This document shows positions 56,316-64,000 of a stretch of 64,000 nt of DNA, piece after piece. Positions within the stretch are counted from its first letter, which is position 1, and every line of letters begins with the position of its first letter. The DNA comes from an uncultured Gammaproteobacteria bacterium (lineage in GTDB: Bacteria > Pseudomonadota > Gammaproteobacteria > DRLM01), in assembly GCA_963729605.1 (NCBI GenBank), contig CAVSNY010000003.1, forward strand, positions 384,001-448,000, in the 5' to 3' direction. The translations under genes were made by a program, and so were the position numbers. The notes below the pieces were generated by a model. It was not told the origin of the DNA. It made no database searches and saw only the letters and a program-made list of their open reading frames with translations.

Positions 56316-58580
56316 CTAGAAGTTGACCGCCACTTCACCGAACACGGTGCGGCCCGGTGTTTGCCCGAAGCTTTGATAATATTTTTTATCGAGCATGTTG
56401 TTGACCGACAGCGAGAGCGACACTTTGTCCCAGCCGGTATAAATGAACTTGCCGTCGAGCGTGGTATATGGATCGATGCCACCGCGGACCCCTTTGGCGG
56501 TATCCAAATTATCGTCGCGGCTGAAGGCGTCGCCGACGCGGCGCAGCATCAGGCTGCCCTTATAAGACTGGGCGTGCAGATCGACACCCAGGTTGTACAT
56601 ATGTTCGGGAATCTGCGGAATGGTTTTGCCCACCAAGCCCGGCTGGGTATCGCTGCGGGTGATGGTGGCGTCCAGCCAGGTCGCGTTCGCGAACAAATCG
56701 AGATAGGGGGTGATTTCTTGCGTGAGGTCTAACTCGATGCCGTTGCTCTCGCCCTCCGCGGCGTTTTCCATCACCCGCACGGTGAGGGTATCCGCGGGGG
56801 CGCTGATGGTGCGCCGGTAAATCCAGTCTTCAAGTTTATTCTGGTAATAGGTCGCGCCGATGCGGGTGGCGGTGGGGAAACGCTGCACGATGCCGATTTC
56901 CCATGCCGTGACCTTTTCCGCCTTGAGATTGGGATTGCCGATGGTCTGGGTGCCGCCGTGACTGGAGTTGACATAGAGTTCATCGAGGGTCGGCGGCCGA
57001 AACGCCGTGCCCGCCGAGGCGCGCAGGGTGGTATTCGTAAACGGGGTATAAACGGCCGAGACCTTGGGATTGACCGAGGTCTGGCTGCGATCGGCGAAAT
57101 GCGTGCGCGGGTCCGGCCCCAGTTCCTGGAAACCATCGGTATTGTTCCAGTGATCGTAACGCACGCCCAGGAACAGATCGAGGTTGTCGAGCACGGTGTA
57201 TTGATCCTGCACGTACACCGCGTGGGTCTGTTGTTTGCCGCCGCTGCTGCTGGCCATGCCGATGACCTCGGGGACGCGGCGATCGAAGATCACCGGGATT
57301 TTTTGCGTCCCTTCGGCGACTTGATACAACAGCCCGGTGGTCAGCAGATGGCGCGCGCCGAGCTGAATGTTGCTCGATACCTCCGCATGCAAACCATTCG
57401 AGTCGCGATCACGGGTGGTCCAGCGCGCCGAACCCAAACCCAAGCCCGCGGGCAGCGCGCGGTATTCGGTTTCGCGGTTGAACTGCGTGGAATAGCCGAG
57501 ACTGGCGTCGACGGAAATCGTCGGCGTCGCGGCGACGCTGTATTTGAGGGCGTATAAACCGGCGTTGTCTTCGCGGGTGATCGGGAAGAAATTCGATTCC
57601 GACAAGCTGACCCGATTGCCTTCGATGTTGAGAGGACCGCTGATCACCGGCATGCCGCTCGGGTCGCGCAAATAAGTATGGTAAGTGGGTTGATCCAGGG
57701 ACCATTCGCCGTACAGCGCGGTAAAGGCCAGCGTCGAGGACGGCGTCAGATCGAAACTGAGTTTGGTGGTGAAATAGTCGCGGTCGAACACCTGCTCGCC
57801 GCCGTCGCCCACCGTGTACAAGGTCTGCTGGCCGGTGACGTCGCTCATCCGGCCATAACCGGTCACCACGGTTTCCGAGCCGTCGGCGGGGGTGTTGCCG
57901 CGCGGTCGTTCGACCGTCGAGACCACATAGCCGTCGGTCTGCCAGCGGTCGAAGCCGACGATGAAGCTCAGCCGGTCGGATAAGGTGCGGTTGCCGTATT
58001 GCAGATGATAATTGCTGGTGCCGAACGAACCGTAGCCGGCGCGGGCGCGGGCGATTTCTTTCTCGGGCGTGGCGATGATGTTGTTGATGACGCCGCCCAG
58101 CGCGTAGCCGCCGTACAGCGACGAGAACGGGCCGCGCACTATATCAATACGCTCGATCTCGTCGACCGGTAATTCGCTCCACGGCACACTGCCGGTGGTG
58201 ATGCTGTTGAGAGGAATGCCGTCCAGCATCAGCAGGGTGCGCTGCTGTCCCTGGAAGCCGCGCATGATGGTGGTGGTGTGATTATCCACCGGCCCGCGGA
58301 ATTTCAGCACGCTGACGCCCACTTCCCCGCGCAGGGCCTCGTCGAGGGTCGGGGCATGGCGTTTTTGCAGATCTTCCTGGGTCAGCACCGTGGTGCTGGC
58401 CGGGGCTTTATCGACATCCTGCGCGGTGCGGGTCGCGGTAATCGTCATCTCCGCCATGCTGGCGGGTTTGGATTTTTCCTCGGCGGCCCAGGCCACCTCC
58501 GTTAATCCCAGACCGCATGACAGCAGCGACATGCACCGCACCGATGCGGTGATACGCATCCGCGAATTCGTTTTCAGCAT
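56316..58580 (-). CDS. TonB-dependent receptor
   Basis: EMTITATR, IERIDIVRGPFSSLYG, GNPNLKAE, NNMLDKKY, terminal F. Confidence 0.94.
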   Translation of the reverse strand: MLKTNSRMRITASVRCMSLLSCGLGLTEVAWAAEEKSKPASMAEMTITATRTAQDVDKAPASTTVLTQEDLQKRHAPTLDEALRGEVGVSVLKFRGPVDNHTTTIMRGFQGQQRTLLMLDGIPLNSITTGSVPWSELPVDEIERIDIVRGPFSSLYGGYALGGVINNIIATPEKEIARARAGYGSFGTSNYHLQYGNRTLSDRLSFIVGFDRWQTDGYVVSTVERPRGNTPADGSETVVTGYGRMSDVTGQQTLYTVGDGGEQVFDRDYFTTKLSFDLTPSSTLAFTALYGEWSLDQPTYHTYLRDPSGMPVISGPLNIEGNRVSLSESNFFPITREDNAGLYALKYSVAATPTISVDASLGYSTQFNRETEYRALPAGLGLGSARWTTRDRDSNGLHAEVSSNIQLGARHLLTTGLLYQVAEGTQKIPVIFDRRVPEVIGMASSSGGKQQTHAVYVQDQYTVLDNLDLFLGVRYDHWNNTDGFQELGPDPRTHFADRSQTSVNPKVSAVYTPFTNTTLRASAGTAFRPPTLDELYVNSSHGGTQTIGNPNLKAEKVTAWEIGIVQRFPTATRIGATYYQNKLEDWIYRRTISAPADTLTVRVMENAAEGESNGIELDLTQEITPYLDLFANATWLDATITRSDTQPGLVGKTIPQIPEHMYNLGVDLHAQSYKGSLMLRRVGDAFSRDDNLDTAKGVRGGIDPYTTLDGKFIYTGWDKVSLSLSVNNMLDKKYYQSFGQTPGRTVFGEVAVNF

Positions 58581-58660
58581 TGCTTATCCCCCTTTAGTTT
58601 ATTGCCGGCATACGCTTATGAAATGCGCTTTTTTCCAGCGGTCTCTGAAAAATTTTCGCT

Positions 58661-60133
58661 CTATCCCGCCACCCGGCAGCGTCGCAAACCGCGCGCGGCC
58701 ACCACCGCCAGCAACAACAGCGGGACCGCGATGCCGATCATCGCCGCCGCGATGCGGCCGCCGGTGCCGATGCCGGGATTCTCGACGAACTCAAAACGTG
58801 GGAAGCGCTGGTAATCGTCGCTGGTCAACATCCGTTCGGCCTGGGCCTTGCTGACGAAGAACTCGCGCCACTCTTGATGGAAACGATCGATTTGGCCGAA
58901 GAATTCGTCGTAACGGCTGCGGCCGGTGCCGGCGATTTCCGCCAGGGCGTCGTTGATCAGCAGGGCCGGCGATATATAGGCGAGCCGCTCCGCCAGATCA
59001 TGTTGACGTTGCAATTGCGCCTCGTGCACCGCCAGTATCTCTTCGGCGCGCGCCATCGCGGCCTGTTGCACGGCGAGACGGCGCAAGGTCCGTTCGCGCG
59101 CACTGCCGCGGGTCAATACTTCCTCGTGACTGTCTTCGCCCGAGGCATGCGAATGTTCTTCTTCATATCGCGCCAAGGCGGCATCGCGCTCTTTGTCGGC
59201 GCTGACCGCGGCGGCACGTACATCCAACACCATTGCGGCCCGCGACGGCGAGGGATAAAGCGCCTCCGCCGCGGCGTTGGTCAGAGACGGCACGATGAGC
59301 AATACCGCGATCCAGGCCCCGATCAGCAGCAACGCGTTATAGGCCGAATCCCGGCCCAGGCCGTTCACGGCGGCGGCGAGGGCCGCCCAAAACATGCCGT
59401 AGATGATGATCGCCAGGGCGAGAGCGGACAGCGCGCCGCCCACGCCGGTCAAGCCATCGCCGATGAACACCAGGCCCGCGAACACCGTCGCGAGGGTAAA
59501 CAGCATGGGCAACCCGGCGCGCACCATCAGCTTGCCGGCCAACACGGTGCGCAACTGCACGGGGCAGGACGCGGTGAGCGCCAGCGTGCCCTGCTCGCGT
59601 TCACCGGAGACCAGGTTATAGGTCAACGCGAGTATCCACAGCGGATAAATAAAAACCAGCACGAAGGCGAGATCGAAGGTGCCGGCGAATAGATGGGCCG
59701 GATTGGCGATTTCGTCGCTGAACAGAAAGCTGTCTTTACTGCCGGTCGACACCCGCAAGGTCGGCGGATACAAATCGCTTTGACCGACCGCGGTGATGGC
59801 GAGCGGTTGCGCCGGCAAGGCGGCGATGGTGGCCCCCGAACCGCCGCCGACGAAGATCGCGTTGCGCGGATCGCGGAAGGGCTGGCCGGGCGGTGCGATT
59901 TTTCCGGATTCGATATCGGCGAGATTGTCACGCAGCTTCACCAAGCGCCCCTCCTCCTCCGCCACCGCGGCGGCAACGGCGGCGGCCCGCTGTTCGAGGA
60001 GGTTTTTGCCGTTGTGCAGCGCGTAGGCGACGGTGGCCAGGATCATCGCCAGCACCAGCCACAGCGCCGGGTCGAGCCGGAGGATGCGCCACTCGCAACG
60101 CATCGCCGCCATAAAAACATTCATATTCGGCAT
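58661..60133 (-). CDS. ABC-2 type permease, DUF3526 family
   Basis: AVGQSDLYP, FDLAFVL, SGEREQGTL, LAEIAGT. Confidence 0.88.
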   Translation of the reverse strand: MPNMNVFMAAMRCEWRILRLDPALWLVLAMILATVAYALHNGKNLLEQRAAAVAAAVAEEEGRLVKLRDNLADIESGKIAPPGQPFRDPRNAIFVGGGSGATIAALPAQPLAITAVGQSDLYPPTLRVSTGSKDSFLFSDEIANPAHLFAGTFDLAFVLVFIYPLWILALTYNLVSGEREQGTLALTASCPVQLRTVLAGKLMVRAGLPMLFTLATVFAGLVFIGDGLTGVGGALSALALAIIIYGMFWAALAAAVNGLGRDSAYNALLLIGAWIAVLLIVPSLTNAAAEALYPSPSRAAMVLDVRAAAVSADKERDAALARYEEEHSHASGEDSHEEVLTRGSARERTLRRLAVQQAAMARAEEILAVHEAQLQRQHDLAERLAYISPALLINDALAEIAGTGRSRYDEFFGQIDRFHQEWREFFVSKAQAERMLTSDDYQRFPRFEFVENPGIGTGGRIAAAMIGIAVPLLLLAVVAARGLRRCRVAG

Positions 60134-60231
60134 AAAGATTCGCTCCTCACCCTCATGGCGTATCGCCCGTCGCCGTCATCGAATAGCCGTATAAACGGCG
60201 GCCTTGAGCACCGCCATCACTTTTGCGTACC

Positions 60232-61717
60232 TCACACCGGCCGCAGCCGCCGCACCGCGAACACGGCGAGCAGGCCCGCGGCCGCGCACCAGAATCGCCA
60301 AAGTGAACAGGTTGCGCGCCTGCGCGCTCAGCACCCACCCCGCCTGCGGGGCGCGATAACTGAAGGCGGGAATCCGCGCCCACAGCTCAGGGCCGGCGAC
60401 ATACGTCGGATCGCCGTAACGGCCGTTGTGGATCAGGTCCTCGCTAATCATGGTTTGCACCAGGCGGCGGTGCTGTTCGGCGGCGGTGGCGAAATGGTAG
60501 TGGCCGCGACTATCCGAACCGGCGAGGCCCATCGAATACGGCTGTATCGCCAAAAACGGCAGCAGGAAACCGGGCGCCGCGCGCCAGCGGTCCTGCCGGG
60601 CGTAGTCGTCTTGCAGGCCGCCAAAATGTTTGTCGTAGATGCCGTAACCGATTTCGTCGCTCTTGCGCAGCGACAGGCCACGGAAATTCACCGGCAAATC
60701 CTCGACCCGGCTGACACCGTAGTCACGCAGCACTTGATCGCGGAAGACGACGAAGGCCGGATGGGTCTCGTCATGACCAAAATCTTTTTTCCTGTCTTCG
60801 GCGATGGCGTCGCGGAATTCCAGCGCGGTGGGCAGCGGCAGCGCGGTGCGGACCAGATCGGTCATCAACCGCGGCATCAGAAAACAATTGAGCAGCCAAA
60901 AGGCGAGCAGGCCGACCAAGGCCGCGCGCGAACTTTTGGAAAAGGCCGAGACGGCCAGCGCCAGCGCCGCGATACCGCCAAGATAAAAGGCGTAACCGAG
61001 GGTCAGCCAACCGAGCCGAGCCAACTGGTCGCCCGGCGACAGTTGCGCATCGTCGAGGAAGAACAGGCAGGAGATCACCACCCCGATCAATACCGGAAGC
61101 AGCATCGCGCTCAACACGCCGCCGACCGCCAGGGCCTTGCCGGCGAGCAGGTCGAGCGGCCGCGCGCCCAGACTCAACAGTTGGCGCAACGTGCCGCGCT
61201 CGCGTTCACCCGAAAACGCGGCGAAACACAGCAAGATCACCAGCAAGGGCATCACTGTCTGCAACACGAAGGCCAGCGACAGATTGCCGAGCCGCGCCGA
61301 CACGCCGCTGTCGCGCGCCGGGCGGAACTGCACTTCATTCTGTTTGTGCGCCTCCAGCCACACCGCGGTGCCGACGTAGGCGTTGACGCCGGGATCGGCA
61401 AGGGCCAGCGGGCTTTGCGGTTTGAAGGCGTATTGACCGAAATGCGCCGCGGCGTGCGGGTCTTTCGCGCCTTGCGATGTCCACACTTCGCGATCTTCCT
61501 GCGCCGCGGCCGCGCGGTCGCGGTCGATACGCTGCGCTTGCTGGACGCCGAAGACGATCGCGCACAGCATCAGCAACAGGGTCAGCGCCGCCAGCCAGCG
61601 GAAACGCGCGTCGCGATAAATGTCCAGCCACTCCTTGGCGGCCACGGTGCGGATGATGCGCCAGCGCCCGGACGGCAGCGGCGCCTCGGCGGCGGTGATC
61701 ACGTCGACGGCGCTCAT
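60232..61717 (-). CDS. ABC-2 type permease, DUF3526 family, with an apparent +1 frameshift at about 60295
   Basis: KDPHAAAHFGQYAFKP, WLEAHKQN, SGERERGTL; removing one base restores the hydrophobic end TLAFWCAAAGLLAVFAVRRLRPV* at 60232. Confidence 0.85.
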
Positions 61718-62430
61718 GCCGCCACCGCCTGCCGCGAAATATCGAGATAGGCGCGTTCGAGGCCGAGATGATCGGTGTCGTCGGTGTTGAACACCGCCGC
61801 CAAGCGGCCGCGCTGCATGATGCCGACCCGCGTGCCGCATTGCTTGGCGAGGAACAAATCGTGGGTCACCATCAGCACCGCCATGCCGCGCCGGCGGAGA
61901 TCTTCGATCAGCCGGGCGAATTCGTTGGCGGCGAGCGGATCGAGGCCGGAAGTCGGTTCATCGAGCAAGAGGGCTTTAGCGTCTTTGGCAAGCGCGATAG
62001 CGATACCGACCTTTTGCCGCATACCTTTTGAATAACCCGCGACCCGCCGGTTGGCCGCTTCTTCCTGCAACCCCGCTTCGCGCAGCAAGGCCATCAATTC
62101 CTGGCGCCCGCGCCGCCGGCCGGTGGACAGCGTGCTGAAATATTCGAGGTTTTCCACGCCGGTGAGATTGCCGTAAAGCATCACGGTCTCCGGGATATAG
62201 GCCAGCAGATGACGCGCCTCCAGGGGCGCGGCCGCGGCGTCCACGCCGCACACCAGGGCCTGGCCCGAGGTGGACGTGATGAAATTGAGAAAGAGATTGA
62301 CGGTGGTGGTCTTGCCGGCGCCGTTGGGACCGAGCAGGCAAAACACCTCGCCGCCCGGCACCTGGAGATCCAAGTTATCCAACGCCGGTGCACCTTGATA
62401 AATCTTGGTCAATGAACGCGCTTCAAGCAT
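61714..62430 (-). CDS. ABC transporter ATP-binding protein
   Basis: GPNGAGKTT, YSKGMRQK, LLLDEPTSGLDP, VTHD. Confidence 0.95.
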   Translation of the reverse strand: MLEARSLTKIYQGAPALDNLDLQVPGGEVFCLLGPNGAGKTTTVNLFLNFITSTSGQALVCGVDAAAAPLEARHLLAYIPETVMLYGNLTGVENLEYFSTLSTGRRRGRQELMALLREAGLQEEAANRRVAGYSKGMRQKVGIAIALAKDAKALLLDEPTSGLDPLAANEFARLIEDLRRRGMAVLMVTHDLFLAKQCGTRVGIMQRGRLAAVFNTDDTDHLGLERAYLDISRQAVAA

Positions 62431-62452
62431 GTTGGTCTCCTTGGTGTTCGTA

Positions 62453-62481
62453 CCGGCGCGCGATGTCGGGTCGCGCGCCGG
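62453..62481 (-). other. Intercistronic stem-loop after the TonB receptor gene
   Basis: CCGGCGCGCGA-TGTCGGG-TCGCGCGCCGG. Confidence 0.55.
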
Positions 62482-62504
62482 CTGTGCAAATAACGGCTGT
62501 CGTA

Positions 62505-64000
62505 TTACAGGGCGAGCTTGACCTCGCCGAATAAAGTGCGTCCCGCGTAGGGATGGCCGACGAAATAACGTTCGTCGGTCAGGTTGTCCACGCCGACGCC
62601 CAGCTTTACGTGGTTGTTGACGGCGTAGGTGAGCTTGGCGTCGAACACGGTGTAATTGCTGACGCCGTCGAAGGCGTTGGGATTGACGTCGGTGTTTTCC
62701 AGAGAACCGTATTGTTTGCCTGAATAACGGCCGGCCAAGGTATAGGCGAGCTTGTCGTTTTGGTGGTAGATCGCCACCAGGCTCGCCCGTGACCGCGGGA
62801 TGCGGTAAAAGTCGTTGCCCACCGTCGCGGGATTGGTGCCGTTCTCGAGGATTTCGGAATCGTTGAAGGCCAGGCTGGCGGAGATATCCAATTGCGGCAG
62901 GAACACCTCGCGTCCGTCGTATACCAGTTCGATGCCGCGCACCCGCACGTGATCGATGTTCTGGTAATTGGTCACGCTGGGCACGACCACGGTGTTGGTC
63001 TGGCGGAACAATACATCCTTGGTGTCTTCTTCGTAGATCGAAAGGCGCGCGGTGGCCTTGTCGAAATGGCGTTCGACGGTGAAGTCCTTGAAGAAGCCCT
63101 GTTCCGGTTTGAGATTGGGATCGCTGTTGATGATCTGATTGCCCGAGATGCTGCCCTGGAACAGTTCGGTGACCGTGGGGAAACGATAGGCCTGCGCCAG
63201 GGACAGGCGATAAGTCCAGGCCTGGTTCGGGGTGAATTCCAACGCCGCCTTGGGAGACCAGTTGCTCTCGCTACGTTCCGGATAAGCGGCAGTCGTGGTG
63301 GTGGTTACGGCTGGCACCCCGGCGGTAGTAGTGACGCTACGCAAACCGTCCATGGCCTTCCAAGCTTCATAACGCAGGCCCAGCACGGTTTTCCAACGGT
63401 CGGCGAAACGCCAGGCGTCCTGCACGAATACGGCCTGGGTGGTGGTCTGACCGGCGAAGGTATCGGCCGTTACGCCTGATGGTCCGCCATTGCGCCAGTC
63501 GGCGGTGGAATAATTTTTTTGATCGAGTTCGTAGAGGTCGAAGTGATACCCGAAGCTCCAGCGATGTCTATTTCCTTCGGCGGCCACCTGCTCGGCTTTG
63601 ACGTCGAAGGTTTTCCAGCCGCTGCCGTCGAGATAACTGAGCGTGCCATTACCGCCTGAAAAGGCGCCGGGCGGCGCGGTGGTGGAGGTGCGCGTGAGAT
63701 TCTCCGCCATGTCGTATATCGAGGCGACGGCCTCGTAATCCCAGCCGCTTTGATTATTGGTCTTGAGCGAAGCGGCGTAATTCCAGTGTTCCTCCTCACC
63801 GGCGCGCGGCGAAAAACTGGTGGCGGGAATGTTGTAACGCATGCCGTCGATGTTGACGTTGCCGCTGTAAACCGGATTGCCGCCGGCATCACGCAGCCAG
63901 GTGGTATTGCCCACCTCGCCCGCTACACGGTCCATCGTCCAAGAGGCGACGGTGAGCCGTCCCTGTAGCGTCGGGGTGAAATCGTAACCCAGCTTGAGCT
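62505..64000 (-). CDS. TonB-dependent receptor (5' part outside the window)
   Basis: FVQDAW, WSPK, RFPTVTELFQ, DPNLKPE, VDNLTDERY, C-terminal GRTLFGEVKLAL. Confidence 0.9.
   Translation of the reverse strand, partial: LKLGYDFTPTLQGRLTVASWTMDRVAGEVGNTTWLRDAGGNPVYSGNVNIDGMRYNIPATSFSPRAGEEEHWNYAASLKTNNQSGWDYEAVASIYDMAENLTRTSTTAPPGAFSGGNGTLSYLDGSGWKTFDVKAEQVAAEGNRHRWSFGYHFDLYELDQKNYSTADWRNGGPSGVTADTFAGQTTTQAVFVQDAWRFADRWKTVLGLRYEAWKAMDGLRSVTTTAGVPAVTTTTTAAYPERSESNWSPKAALEFTPNQAWTYRLSLAQAYRFPTVTELFQGSISGNQIINSDPNLKPEQGFFKDFTVERHFDKATARLSIYEEDTKDVLFRQTNTVVVPSVTNYQNIDHVRVRGIELVYDGREVFLPQLDISASLAFNDSEILENGTNPATVGNDFYRIPRSRASLVAIYHQNDKLAYTLAGRYSGKQYGSLENTDVNPNAFDGVSNYTVFDAKLTYAVNNHVKLGVGVDNLTDERYFVGHPYAGRTLFGEVKLAL

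Noticed and set aside
59693-61750. Long antisense ORFs (also 12370-13980, 14828-16276, 47241-49085, 54340-56178)
   Set aside because: They are shadow ORFs expected from high-GC codon bias opposite well-supported genes and show no protein-family motifs.

Overview
High-GC gammaproteobacterial chromosome segment (taxonomy inferred from gene order). It contains: (1) a form I aerobic Mo-Cu CO dehydrogenase cluster, rcoM-coxMSL-coxG-(small ORF)-coxD-coxE-coxF(partial), with four phased RcoM-type direct repeats in the coxM promoter; (2) core housekeeping blocks: ftsK-lolA-rarA-crcB-DUF190-serS-cysG, trxB, yceD-rpmF-plsX-fabHDG-acpP-fabF-pabB-pabC-mltG-tmk-holB-pilZ-tatD, pycAB-maf and rpsF-rpsR-DUF2232-rplI-dnaB-alr; (3) a lower-GC accessory patch (about 35.0-38.1 kb) with an unannotated 58-aa WDxxxWDxxxWQ lipoprotein, a secreted fibre-like protein and an outer-membrane barrel; (4) a heavy-metal RND efflux operon led by a His-rich leader ORF ending in RAPP; (5) a cioAB-type cytochrome bd; (6) a run of three TonB-dependent receptors with a DUF3526 ABC system. 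Several small palindromic repeat families and a five-hairpin MITE-like element lie between genes. Recurrent single-base frameshifts in ftsK, plsX, pycA, pycB and one permease look like assembly errors, and the apparent plsX-fabH fusion is one of these artefacts. No rRNA, tRNA, CRISPR array or transposase was seen. All product calls come from motif recognition by eye, not from database searches.
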